In this document: positions 8,263-17,295 of the stretch, piece after piece | Layout: the number at the start of each line of letters is the position of its first letter | Position numbering within the stretch: the first letter of the stretch is position 1 | Virus record (IMG/VR): IMGVR_UViG_3300045988_086774 | Span: 1 to 56,501 of that record | Source: a virus | Length of the DNA stretch: 56,501 nucleotides | Direction: 5' to 3' (one strand) | Notes under the pieces: model-generated | The model's database searches: none | What the model saw: the letters and a program-made list of their open reading frames with translations, nothing else | Told to the model about the DNA's origin: nothing | Made by a program: the position numbers and the translations under genes

Positions 8263-8505
8263 TTGGGTCTTGACAAGCATATTTTCACGCTTTATACTTG
8301 TTTCAGCGAAAGCGAGGTGATAGGCTTGGCAAGACGAGCAGAAACCTCGGAACGTGATAAGCTGCGCATGATAAGCACCCGGCTTACTGAGAGCCAGATC
8401 GCAAGCATGGAGAGCAGCGCAAAGGCATTGGGCATCTCAAAGGTCGATGTTATCCGCATGGGTATCGAGTGGGTAGCATCCTACGTTGAGAACATCAAGG
8501 CATAA
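8263..8505 (+). CDS. Ribbon-helix-helix (CopG/Arc-like) protein
   Basis: C-terminal MISTRLTESQIASMESSAKALGISKVDVIRMGIEW fits an RHH pattern. The true start may be TTG 8326 behind AGGTGA. Confidence 0.5.
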   Translation: MGLDKHIFTLYTCFSESEVIGLARRAETSERDKLRMISTRLTESQIASMESSAKALGISKVDVIRMGIEWVASYVENIKA

Positions 8506-8658
8506 AAAAATAAGCTACCAGCGCCACCGTCCAAAGTTACGCTGATAGCTTATCCACATCACGAAACGAGAACCTGCAACCACCAAGGGGGCAGTCTCCC
8601 TTTTCGGAATCTATTATACCAAAAAGGGCTGCTCTCCGCAAGAGTTAGGAGAAAAAAC

Positions 8659-8814
8659 ATGAACTTTCCCACGACAACCGAAGAATTTCTGAAAACTCTC
8701 GCACACGGCAAAGAGCCAACCAGCGAGGACAGGGAGTACGCAGAAGCGCTGGGTAAACTGTCCGAACTGAACTACCGGGCAGGGTACGAAGCGGGAGCAG
8801 CCACAAAAAACTGA
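8659..8814 (+). CDS. Hypothetical small protein (51 aa)
   Basis: ATG 8659 behind AGGAGAAAAAAC; MNFPTTTEEFLKTLAHGKEPTSEDREYAEALGKLSELNYRAGYEAGAATKN. Preferred over the junk-like antisense ORF 8645..8827. Confidence 0.4.
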   Translation: MNFPTTTEEFLKTLAHGKEPTSEDREYAEALGKLSELNYRAGYEAGAATKN

Positions 8815-8918
8815 TGTTATACTGCAAAATTCTTTGTTTTATAAATTACATTGTAAAATATAGACGCAAGAGAGTTTTTGCAGTATAATATAATTACGCC
8901 GAAAGGAGGTGAGCGAGT

Positions 8919-9092
8919 ATGACGTACAACAACCCGAATGGTGCACAGTGCAACGCCAACGTCAGCAAGGAAATGCTGGCAGAGATCAATCACTACTGCA
9001 CCGTATGCGACCTTAACCGAAGTCAGTTTATGCGCAGAGCCATTTCAGAGTATCTGCAAAATCATCCGCTGCCCGACGAAAACGAAAAATGA
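8919..9092 (+). CDS. Ribbon-helix-helix (CopG-like) protein, 57 aa
   Basis: ATG 8919 behind GAAAGGAGGTGA. NVSKEMLAEINHYCTVCDLNRSQFMRRAISEYL fits the RHH pattern. Confidence 0.55.
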   Translation: MTYNNPNGAQCNANVSKEMLAEINHYCTVCDLNRSQFMRRAISEYLQNHPLPDENEK

Positions 9093-9209
9093 TACGTCCG
9101 CTGCTGTCGGCAAACTTTAGCGAACGTATCATAAACAACACTGGAACAAGCTGTTCCAGCCTTATTATAGCAGGAATTGGCTTGTTCCGCAAGAACCATA
9201 GGAGTTTTT

Positions 9210-9986
9210 ATGGAACAAAAGGTTAAATATGCTATCAATCTTATCAGCGAGAACGGACAGGTTGTCGTGTCCAGTCGTGAAGTAGCAGAGAATTTTGGAA
9301 AAGAGCACAAGCACGTTCTTCGCGACATCGAAAACCTGATGGGAGGAGAGCCCAAAATTGGACTGTCCTCTATGTTCTTCAAATCGGAGTACCTTTCAGT
9401 CCAAAACAAAGTGCTACCTGAGTATCTGATGAATCGCGATGGGTTTACGCTCCTTGCTATGGGATTCACTGGCAAGGAAGCCCTTAAATGGAAACTCAAG
9501 TACATTGATGCTTTCAATCAGATGGAGCAGAAGCTCACCAACCCGGAGCCTGAATCGACAGAGATGCTATTGAGCCGCGCCCTGATTGCCGCTAACAGTG
9601 TTATCGACACGGAGCGCAAGAAAGTAAAGGCTTTGGAAGTGGAAAACGCCAAGATGAAGCCTGATTCTGACTACGCAAAGGCTATGCTTCTTTCCGATGA
9701 AAGCCTGACTACCACGCAGATTGCCATGAACTACGGCATGAGCGCACGAAAGCTAAACCAGATTCTTAGAGGGCTTGGCATCCAACATACTGTAAACAAA
9801 CAGTGGATTCCTTACCAGAAGTATCTTGGCAACGGATATGTTGTCGGGCACCCGATCGAGTTGCCGAACGGCAAGACGAAAGAGGTCACTCGCTGGACAA
9901 GAGCCGGTCAGAAGTTCATTTACAGCAAGCTCAAAGAAGCGGGCTATCTGCCTGTTGGCGAGCAAATTAGAATGGAGACGTGCTGA
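9210..9986 (+). CDS. Rha-family regulatory protein fused to a KilAC/ANT-type antirepressor domain
   Basis: N-terminal VSSREVAENFGKEHKHVLRDIENL and YLMNRDGFTLLAMGFTGKEALKWKLKYIDAFN; C-terminal TTTQIAMNYGMSARKLNQILRGLGIQ. Paralog of 29743..30510. Confidence 0.8.
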   Translation: MEQKVKYAINLISENGQVVVSSREVAENFGKEHKHVLRDIENLMGGEPKIGLSSMFFKSEYLSVQNKVLPEYLMNRDGFTLLAMGFTGKEALKWKLKYIDAFNQMEQKLTNPEPESTEMLLSRALIAANSVIDTERKKVKALEVENAKMKPDSDYAKAMLLSDESLTTTQIAMNYGMSARKLNQILRGLGIQHTVNKQWIPYQKYLGNGYVVGHPIELPNGKTKEVTRWTRAGQKFIYSKLKEAGYLPVGEQIRMETC

Positions 9987-10261
9987 TGGACTACTCGGAA
10001 GAAATGTTTCGGCTACAAGCTGAGAATGAAGAGCACAAAGCCGTTTTAGAAAAAAGCCATGAAATCCTTAATCAGGCATTGGAAATCATCATGCCAGAGG
10101 ATAAGCGGTCAAGAGAAGTTGTAAGTGTAGCGTTAGCAACGTCCGTACAACATTTTTGCGAGGACAGCTATTCAATGGGATACAATGATTGTTTGCTCGA
10201 CATTCTCAGGGAAAAGGAAGAAGTCAGCGCTCCTATCATGTTTCCAACACTTAAATCGTAA
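9986..10261 (+). CDS. Hypothetical protein
   Basis: ATG 9986 overlaps the upstream stop. 91 aa, helical, acidic. Confidence 0.5.
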   Translation: MDYSEEMFRLQAENEEHKAVLEKSHEILNQALEIIMPEDKRSREVVSVALATSVQHFCEDSYSMGYNDCLLDILREKEEVSAPIMFPTLKS

Positions 10262-10274
10262 ATAGCCTATAAGA

Positions 10275-10316
10275 AAAGCCAGTGGTTAGAGAACATCTAG
10301 CCGCTGGCTTTTTTCG
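10275..10316. terminator. Bidirectional intrinsic terminator between convergent genes
   Basis: AAAGCCAGTGG...CCGCTGGCTTT hairpin flanked by an A-run and a T-run. Confidence 0.6.
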
Positions 10317-11117
10317 TTACTTATCAGGGGTCAATGCAACCTGTGAGTACATGGACAATTCAATGTGATAACCACTCTTAATGGTTAAGCTCCCTTTTTC
10401 TCCGGCGCTATTTAATTGAAGCGTTGCGCTAACGTCATCAGAGTTAGAATCCGATACAACGAAAATCATAGACTGTTTTGCTTTGTTCTCGACTGTATAG
10501 TTTCCAGCAGGGATGGTGTATCGAATATACTTATAGCCGCTTTTTGTGGTTTCTTCTTTTCCATAATCGCCAAGTTCGCCGTCTGTCAACAGTATAGAAT
10601 CGTCAGAAACATCGCCAGCGTCAGGATTCAAACTATCATTTTTATAAATGAAATCGTCAATTTCGTTGTTCTGAGTATTTTTGATAGAGTAAATTTCATC
10701 GCCAATCGTAGCAATCTGAATATAATCCTTCATATCGACTTGTGCATTGTAACGCTTACCAGCAGCCCAATCATCCGTCTGCTCAAGCCAGTTTATATCA
10801 TCCAACGTATAGCCGAGACCAGTCGAATCCAGTGCGTCTGCAAGGTTCTTTGCAAAGGTTTCGTTCACTTCTTTATTCCGCTTCAAGAAAGACTTTATCG
10901 CTTTGCTTTCATCGGCTACGGACGAATCAGATGCCACAGCAGAGGACGAAACGGATTCAGAGGTTGCTTTGCTAGACGATGCCGTTGCGTCCTTGTAGCC
11001 TTCCTCAAATCCTTCCTTTACGCTGCTAGAACTACTCGTTGAACTTCCAAGATATGCAAGGAATACGAAGATAACTAGCAGAATGAACCACCAGCGTTTA
11101 TAAATCGGCTTTTTCAT
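10317..11117 (-). CDS. Membrane-anchored or secreted protein (moron-like; possible surface or exclusion function)
   Basis: 266 aa with N-terminal TM WWFILLVIFVFLAYLG, then a Ser-rich linker and a beta-rich domain. AT-richer than flanking DNA. Confidence 0.6.
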   Translation of the reverse strand: MKKPIYKRWWFILLVIFVFLAYLGSSTSSSSSVKEGFEEGYKDATASSSKATSESVSSSAVASDSSVADESKAIKSFLKRNKEVNETFAKNLADALDSTGLGYTLDDINWLEQTDDWAAGKRYNAQVDMKDYIQIATIGDEIYSIKNTQNNEIDDFIYKNDSLNPDAGDVSDDSILLTDGELGDYGKEETTKSGYKYIRYTIPAGNYTVENKAKQSMIFVVSDSNSDDVSATLQLNSAGEKGSLTIKSGYHIELSMYSQVALTPDK

Positions 11118-11615
11118 TTTACAGATTCCTCCCTTTCAAGGCTTGTAAGGCAAGTATAGCACAGAACACAGACCCTTTGTAGGGGTCTTTTTGTTTTTGC
11201 GGCGGAATTTTTGAGATTGGCAATGGGGGTGGGGGTGTTTTGTGCAGAAAAGAGGGGGTGGTAGGCGGGGAAAACGCCTTTTTTGAATTTTTTCTACGCG
11301 AGATGTCGACCACCCCACCCCCGGCTCGCCCCATATACCCCAGAGGTGGAGACCCCAGCCCCAGCACACCCGGAACGCCTGCGCACGACAGGCAGCAGGG
11401 CAGACCATGCACCGACACACACGCCCGGACGCTGGACACGCCGCACCGGTCTGCACTCGATACCAGACAGACCGCGATGGGCAGATCGTGACGGCGGCGG
11501 GGTGCTGGAGGGCGTGGAGTGCGTCCGAAACTGTGCAGATATGGACACAAGAGCAACGCACCAAAACAGGCTATATTTTTATCACTTTTTCGTGTATGTT
11601 TGTTGCCCATGCAAC

Positions 11616-11675
11616 TTTACAAATACACTAAAAAGTGTTATTATAATGTCAGCAAAAGCATACACTAAAAAGTGT
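11616..11675 (+). promoter_or_regulatory. Promoter TTTACA-17-TATTAT with two ACACTAAAAAGTGT operators
   Basis: -35 at 11616..11621 and -10 at 11639..11644. Operator copies at 11625..11638 (in the spacer) and 11662..11675. Same motif and same layout as at 8061..8102. Confidence 0.55.
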
Positions 11676-11716
11676 AAACCACACATCACGAAACACCAAA
11701 ACAGGAGGACAAAACC

Positions 11717-12142
11717 ATGAAAAAGACCATCGATTATACCGCACTTGCAGATACCATTCGCGCCGAACTCAACGCCCGCCACGATCGCAGCGCATGGAAT
11801 AAGGCTGTCACGTTGTACGCTCTCGACCTGCTGGAAGATGTGCAGGAGGGTGCGGACAATATGGAGCGCTTGCCCCTTGACGGTGCAGAGCTTGAGCGGT
11901 GGGCGCTCAACGGTGCAAGCTGCTGGGAGCAGTACAGCAACGGCGGTTGCTCTCTCTGCTATAATGCTGATATCGCCGCCCGCGTCTGCACCCCGTCCGA
12001 ACTCAAGCGCAAGCACGGCGGGACGTATGAGCCCAACAGCCGGGAAACGTGGCTTGACGTGCAGGCCCGCGCACTGTATCAGGCTTGCAACCGTATCCGC
12101 ACCATTTGCCGCACCAACGGCCTGTATTATAAGGAGGTATAA
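11717..12142 (+). CDS. Conserved hypothetical protein (type seen on plasmids and conjugative elements)
   Basis: 141 aa behind AGGAGG. SAWNKAVTLYALDLLED...NGGCSLCYNADIAARVCTPSELKRKHGG...WLDVQARALYQA. Function unknown. Confidence 0.6.
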   Translation: MKKTIDYTALADTIRAELNARHDRSAWNKAVTLYALDLLEDVQEGADNMERLPLDGAELERWALNGASCWEQYSNGGCSLCYNADIAARVCTPSELKRKHGGTYEPNSRETWLDVQARALYQACNRIRTICRTNGLYYKEV

Positions 12143-12147
12143 CAAGC

Positions 12148-12243
12148 ATGATCGCTCTTGACTTTTCCCAGTGGGCTGCCCTCTGGTACGTGGGCGGCAT
12201 GATTTCCGGCGCGCTTGTAATGATCGCATTTCTTAACAGTTAA
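12148..12243 (+). CDS. Tiny membrane peptide (31 aa)
   Basis: ATG 12148 behind AAGGAGG; MIALDFSQWAALWYVGGMISGALVMIAFLNS. Confidence 0.4.
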   Translation: MIALDFSQWAALWYVGGMISGALVMIAFLNS

Positions 12244-12261
12244 TAAGGGAGGGCTAAAAAA

Positions 12262-12525
12262 ATGACGTTATTTGAAGAAAAAGTAAACGAGTACCGCGAA
12301 AACAAGCGGCTTTTGGAAGAGCTTGAAGCGATGAACGAAAGTATCAAGGCTGATATTATCTGCATGATGCAGGGCGCGCCAGAAATGGCGCAAGGCACCG
12401 CAAAAGCCATTTACAAGGACGTTCAGAGCGTCCGTCTTGATAGCAAGCTACTCAAGACGCTGCACCCGGATATATATGCAGAGTGCAGCAGTAAAACCAC
12501 CTACAAACGTTTTAGCGTGGTATAA
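12262..12525 (+). CDS. Hypothetical protein
   Basis: 87 aa behind AAGGGAGGG; coiled-coil N-terminus. Confidence 0.55.
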   Translation: MTLFEEKVNEYRENKRLLEELEAMNESIKADIICMMQGAPEMAQGTAKAIYKDVQSVRLDSKLLKTLHPDIYAECSSKTTYKRFSVV

Positions 12526-13150
12526 GGGGGGTACGACAAGTGATATTATCTTGCATCCTATTTTTCTTCTGGTTTTTCTCGGCACTGTTTAAAGCGTCCA
12601 AATAAGAAGCATTTCACCCGGTCAGAAATGGCCGGGCTTTTCTTTTGCCTTGCATCTAACACGGTGCAGGGCTTTTATTTTGCCCCGCTGCAATACAGCC
12701 ACATACAAGCGTTTACAGCGGCCTTTCTGTCGTCAATGCAATTTATGCGGCCAAAACGCCAAAACCGTTTACAGGGATTTACAGTGGCGTTTCCGTTGAT
12801 TTGCTCTATTCCAGCGCACGCAATACAGCAGCCACACAAACCGCCTATACACCGACTACGCAGCGCTGGAGGGCATACCGTCAAGTGCTGCACCTCCACC
12901 AATACCAGATACCACCGCCATGCCGGACGCTGTACAGGGGCAACGTGTCCACCTACTATAATAATGTATATAAGGGTGCAGCGGTGCGCCCCTGTCGTGG
13001 ATCTATGCCAGGCAGTGCAACATAGCGCAGACCATGCCAGCGGCGGCGGTACAGTCCAGCGGCAGGGACACGGCGGGCGGCGCGGAACCACTAGCGGCTG
13101 CCGCCGTATCTCTTTTCGGGCTTTCGCCCGATAGCCAATAGAGGCCAGCA

Positions 13151-13806
13151 ATAGTCGCAGCGTTCCGGCTGGAATAGTCGTAACAGCTTCTGTAATAGTC
13201 GCAGCTTCTCCCGGCGGATAGTCGTAGAATAGTCGTAAAGTCGTCTGACGACCATCGTTTTAAAGTCCTATATATAGTATAGTAACGAGCTGTCCGCTGA
13301 TAGTCGCAGAGCAATAGTCGTAGCGTTTTCTTGCGAATTATCGTCAAATAGTCGTGTATTTTTTTGTGTGAAATAGTCGTTCTTCTTTTAGAGCAAGAGA
13401 TGTGCGATAGTCGCTAAGCCATCAGACCACCAAAAAAATCAATATGTGTAAAGACACCTGTCAATTTTAATCCCAATCACATTACCTCAAAATATTTATC
13501 AATCGTACTTATTATAATAGTCGCAAATAATTGCTCAATCTTTTTAACTATTATTCCACCGTAATAGTCGTATCATTCGATTCGGTTCGTTCTCCTCTGA
13601 TTTAATTACTGACAACTACAATTATATCATACCAACCAACTAGGATTACTCATTCGGCAAATATCTCAATACTTTTAACTATTCAACAAGACTATCCGAC
13701 TGGTCAGTTGCTTTCAATTTGTAATCAACTGCTCATGCCACTATGCAACATTTCTACATATTCAACCGACTACAAAATAAAGCCAATTATCCATGTGAAA
13801 TAGTCG
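13151..13806 (+). repeat. Array of 13 same-orientation copies of ATAGTCG (consensus rAATAGTCGYAg); probable initiator-binding repeats or phage-type origin
   Basis: Copies start at 13151, 13174, 13195, 13218, 13229, 13300, 13314, 13348, 13373, 13407, 13517, 13564 and 13800. The first four are spaced 21-23 bp. An AT-rich tract follows, and the array is adjacent to the RepA_N gene. Confidence 0.75.
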
Positions 13807-13911
13807 TAGACCATCCACCAGTCTGAACCTCACGCCAGCTCTCGCCTACGGTCTGCTCTGCTGGCTAACGGTATAGCTTTGGAGATAGAGGGTTGTAGGG
13901 GGAAAGAACCT

Positions 13912-14616
13912 TTACAGGCGATTGAACTCTGGTTCACTGTACTGTTGCTTCTCTTGCTCTCTGTCAATCCACATATCAGCAAAGGCCTTCCAGTTTGTTA
14001 TAGGCTTTCCGGTTTTGGTCATCCAACCTGTTCCATCATAGTAGTTCATAAACCTGCTGGCAAGCCTGTTTTCACATCCAGCATCCAAAAAATACTCGCT
14101 CACATCCTCGAAGTCCGGCGTGCTGGCGTTCCCATCGGGCGGTTCGCCCGCTTTCTTAATAACTTTTTTTCTTTTCTTTTCTTCTATATTAAGGAGGTGA
14201 ACGATTGTTCCCCTCACAGGTGAAGCATCGTTCCCCTCAGAGGTGAATGATTGTTCACCTCCCTTTTCGCTCTTTAAAGATTCTTTCGGCACTTTGACGT
14301 ATATCTTATCGGGCTTGTTCTTGCCTTCACGCTTGCGCTCGATCAACCCGGCTTCTTCCAGCTCTTTCAAAGACTTCTTGACCCATCGTTCTGTGAATCC
14401 AGTATCGGCAGCAAGGTCTTTGATGGGATACACAATGTATACTCGCCCTAATTGGTCAGCAAACTTTCCGCTTCTGCTTGCCCTCTGTGACGACCTTGCA
14501 CGATTGAACAGGTAAATGTAAACAATTTTCTCTGTTGGGCTAACGTCAATAGTCGAGAAGAATCGGGGGTATACCATGTACCCATTGACCTTTGTATCGG
14601 CTGTCATGTACTGCAT
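13912..14616 (-). CDS. RepA_N-type replication initiator (winged helix)
   Basis: 234 aa behind AGGAGG. YPRFFSTIDVSPTEKIVYIYLFNRARSS...YIVYPIKDLAADTGFTERWVKKSLKELEEAGLIERKREGKNKPDKIYV matches the RepA_N pattern from memory. Confidence 0.65.
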   Translation of the reverse strand: MQYMTADTKVNGYMVYPRFFSTIDVSPTEKIVYIYLFNRARSSQRASRSGKFADQLGRVYIVYPIKDLAADTGFTERWVKKSLKELEEAGLIERKREGKNKPDKIYVKVPKESLKSEKGGEQSFTSEGNDASPVRGTIVHLLNIEEKKRKKVIKKAGEPPDGNASTPDFEDVSEYFLDAGCENRLASRFMNYYDGTGWMTKTGKPITNWKAFADMWIDREQEKQQYSEPEFNRL

Positions 14617-14825
14617 TTTTTCCTCCTACAATAGCGCTCACAGCCCCGTAGAGCCGGGCGGATAATGCGATTGAACGATTCTTCGTAAGAACGGCAATAG
14701 TCTACGCCTTCCTTATGCGCTTCATAATCTCTGCGAGCTTCAATCATTCCTCTCGTGACCATTCGCACCACAACGGGCGAAACGCCCGTGCTCATCATCA
14801 ACTTTTCAAAACGTTTTCTGGTCAT
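14604..14825 (-). CDS. Hypothetical small protein
   Basis: 73 aa behind AAAGGAGAA. Confidence 0.5.
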   Translation of the reverse strand: MTRKRFEKLMMSTGVSPVVVRMVTRGMIEARRDYEAHKEGVDYCRSYEESFNRIIRPALRGCERYCRRKKCST

Positions 14826-14838
14826 ATTAGTTCTCCTT

Positions 14839-16044
14839 TCAATCCATCCAAGTATACTCTTGGAACCGTTGAATCTGCTTGTTAAACGTGATGGGAAGGT
14901 CGCCTATCTCGCCTTCCTTGTTCTTGCTTAGTCGGAACAGGTACTTGTCTGAGTTATCGCCGGACAGAAGGATGATTGCATCTGCGTCCTGTTCAATCTG
15001 CCCGCTTTCTCGCAAGTCGGAGTTAGTAGGCGTTGCTCCTGGCTTGGATGGGTTTCGATTAAGCTGTGCCAGCGCCACCACAACAATGCCTGTGGTCTGT
15101 GCAAGTTCGTGCAGGGCAATGGATATAGCTGTAATGGCGGCATATCTGTCCTTTGCGCCTGTTTCATGGATGAGTTGAAGATAGTCTACGAAGATGACTT
15201 GAGCCTTTTTACGGAGAGCCTGAGCCTTCATCCACGCCACGTTCTTCCCGGCAGCGGAGCGAATGTAAAGGGGCATTTTCATGTTCTTTGCCTGTCCGTC
15301 AATCTCATTCAAGCTGACCGCCTTATTTTTCACTGTATCCAGAGGGCAGTATATTTGATTAGCCATCAGACGTGCGCCCAACTTGCGTTTGCTGGTTTCC
15401 AAGCTGAAATAGTACACGGTGTAGTCCTGCTTTGCCATGCTTGCTGCTATTTGCAGAGACAGGGCTGTCTTGCCCGCAGACGGTCTGCCGCCGATGATGA
15501 TGAAATCGCCCGGTGAGATGTGCAACGCTTCATCCAGACGCTCTAAGCCTGTCTTAATATACACAGGCTTCTCGTCCATGTGAAGCACATAGTCGTTCAG
15601 CACATCCTCGTATGTCCACGCATCTTCTTCTTCAGCTTTCAGGCTCATTGCTTCGCCCATCTGCTGGTAAATGTCTGATAGATCAGAATAGTCGGTAAGC
15701 TCGCTGGTCATCTGAAATGCCAGACCTTGCACACGAGTGAGTGCCGCTTGTTCTCTGATAAGCTGTGCCCAACGCTGCATCTGTTCCCTGTCAATTCGCA
15801 CACACTCTGATTCACAGGTTTGTACACACGCCAAGAGCGTCTGCGCTACGTCTGGATGCTGCGTGTTTATCTCGACTATATCTATCTTGCCCCTAGCCGT
15901 CCAATAGCCCTGAACAGCCGCAAAAGCGTCTCTCAGCTCAGGTCTGAACAAGTCAAGTTCAAGGTCTGGTATGATTTCATCCACAACGCCCGGCTTGCAG
16001 AGCATCAGCGCACCGATAAATACCGTTTGAACGTCCATTGTCAT
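14839..16044 (-). CDS. dnaB: Replicative DNA helicase (DnaB family)
   Basis: 401 aa with Walker A GGRPSAGKTALSLQIA, VIFVDYLQLI and SDLRESGQIEQDADAI. Confidence 0.9.
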   Translation of the reverse strand: MTMDVQTVFIGALMLCKPGVVDEIIPDLELDLFRPELRDAFAAVQGYWTARGKIDIVEINTQHPDVAQTLLACVQTCESECVRIDREQMQRWAQLIREQAALTRVQGLAFQMTSELTDYSDLSDIYQQMGEAMSLKAEEEDAWTYEDVLNDYVLHMDEKPVYIKTGLERLDEALHISPGDFIIIGGRPSAGKTALSLQIAASMAKQDYTVYYFSLETSKRKLGARLMANQIYCPLDTVKNKAVSLNEIDGQAKNMKMPLYIRSAAGKNVAWMKAQALRKKAQVIFVDYLQLIHETGAKDRYAAITAISIALHELAQTTGIVVVALAQLNRNPSKPGATPTNSDLRESGQIEQDADAIILLSGDNSDKYLFRLSKNKEGEIGDLPITFNKQIQRFQEYTWMD

Positions 16045-16679
16045 AGTCTAGGAAACTCCATCTCCGTACTTTGCTCGTACTGGTCATCCTGTTTCAATGC
16101 GTAAATGTCCTGCCACCCGGCATAGATGCTCTGGTCGAGAATGGCTTTCCAATCATGCCGATCAAACTTTTCCAGCTTGTTGCAGAGCATCTGTTTTGCC
16201 CGGTCTGTCATAGGCTTTTTGATTCTTGTACGCATTTGTGCGAACTCTCGCAGGGATTCCAGCAGGGTTTTATCGCCACGAGCAAAGTCGGAGAAGATGT
16301 CAGGTTTCTTTTTGACTGCACTCTCCGGCAGGGTATTGACGTTCATCTGACTGTCAGTTGATACAATGGGCTCATTGTCATCTGACTTTGAACTCATAGA
16401 TGAGCTGACTTTCATCTCATTTATGACATGAGGATGAGCCGACTTTCGTGTAGACCATCCTTTCGACGCAATATCGCTTCTTTTTGATTCTTCATCGAGC
16501 AGATGCTTAATCAAAATGAAACAAGATTCTGCTTTTTTTGAGTTCAAAGTTGCGTCTTTTTCTTCAAAAACGTATGCACAGATTGCATCGTAGAGTTCCA
16601 ACTTCTCTTTGCTTTTGAGTGTGGAGATGGCTTTAAAGTAGTATCGTTGGAATGTAAAGCTGTCTCGTTTTTTGTCCAT
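16041..16679 (-). CDS. Phage replisome organizer / DnaD-like protein
   Basis: ATG 16679 behind AAGAGGA. C-terminal SLREFAQMRTRIKKPMTDRAKQMLCNKLEKF...SIYAGWQDIY resembles the conserved phage replication C-terminus. Confidence 0.6.
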   Translation of the reverse strand: MDKKRDSFTFQRYYFKAISTLKSKEKLELYDAICAYVFEEKDATLNSKKAESCFILIKHLLDEESKRSDIASKGWSTRKSAHPHVINEMKVSSSMSSKSDDNEPIVSTDSQMNVNTLPESAVKKKPDIFSDFARGDKTLLESLREFAQMRTRIKKPMTDRAKQMLCNKLEKFDRHDWKAILDQSIYAGWQDIYALKQDDQYEQSTEMEFPRL

Positions 16680-16681
16680 GC

Positions 16682-16912
16682 TCAATCCTCTTTGTAGCGT
16701 TTGTTCCATGCTTCGATAAGGTCTTTTTTAATCTTTTCTTTATCAGCTTCGGAACAATCAGAGCTGTACAGCTTGCTTTCCATGAATACCCGGCACTTGC
16801 ATCCATTCTTGCCGTTTCCTCTTGTTATAAGCATCCAGCTTGTCAAATAGCCGCTGGCTTCGTCAATAGCAACTTCTCCGCCGCAGAACGGGCATCTCTT
16901 GAGTTCTGTCAT
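16682..16912 (-). CDS. lar: Lar-family restriction alleviation protein
   Basis: LKRCPFCGGEVAI...GCKCRVF...LIEAWNKR fits the Lar zinc-ribbon pattern. Confidence 0.6.
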   Translation of the reverse strand: MTELKRCPFCGGEVAIDEASGYLTSWMLITRGNGKNGCKCRVFMESKLYSSDCSEADKEKIKKDLIEAWNKRYKED

Positions 16913-17085
16913 TTTCTAAATCCCTCTCTAGTTCTCGTGATTCGCTTATGCGCCTTTACAGGCCTTTTGCCTTTTCCGTACGCTGGGCGGATATGTTTTG
17001 CCTTGATGTACCCACAAGGCGGTTTCGGCCCAAAGTCGAAAAGGCTAAAGTCCATAATGATAATGCCAAACTTTTTGTTCGTCAT
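16909..17085 (-). CDS. Hypothetical small basic protein (58 aa)
   Basis: ATG 17085 behind AAGGAGCAG. Its stop overlaps the lar ATG (ATGA). Confidence 0.4.
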   Translation of the reverse strand: MTNKKFGIIIMDFSLFDFGPKPPCGYIKAKHIRPAYGKGKRPVKAHKRITRTREGFRK

Positions 17086-17097
17086 GTTTACTGCTCC

Positions 17098-17295
17098 TTA
17101 CGCATACCATTTCGGTGCTTCGTTAAAGATTTCCACGCCTTCTGTAAATCCAAGCCTATCTAAGGTATCGCACATAATGCCATCCATCACGCCATGAACA
17201 ATTTCCTCGTCATCTCCGTACTTTTGGTACGCTTCCCGCATTGCTGCCGTAAACGTTGCAATCATATCTTGCGTAATAACGATACTGTTTTCCAT
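17098..17295 (-). CDS. Hypothetical small protein
   Basis: ATG 17295 behind AGGAGGG. Confidence 0.5.
   Translation of the reverse strand: MENSIVITQDMIATFTAAMREAYQKYGDDEEIVHGVMDGIMCDTLDRLGFTEGVEIFNEAPKWYA

Noticed and set aside
8645-8827. 60-aa minus-strand ORF from the track
   Set aside because: Junk-like translation with no RBS. The plus strand carries a 51-aa ORF with a good AGGAG site (8659..8814), which is preferred, although itself at low confidence.
11119-11610. Three overlapping minus-strand ORFs (163, 142 and 84 aa) and two plus-strand ORFs in the GC-rich block
   Set aside because: All frames being open at once indicates stop-codon depletion caused by high GC. The translations are P/R/G/C-rich with no RBS, so the region is treated as non-coding.
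12628-13347. ORFs 12628..13134 (+), 12675..13151 (-) and 13003..13347 (-)
   Set aside because: Low-complexity, Cys/Arg/Pro-rich translations with no RBS. The last one is simply the ATAGTCG repeat array read as protein.
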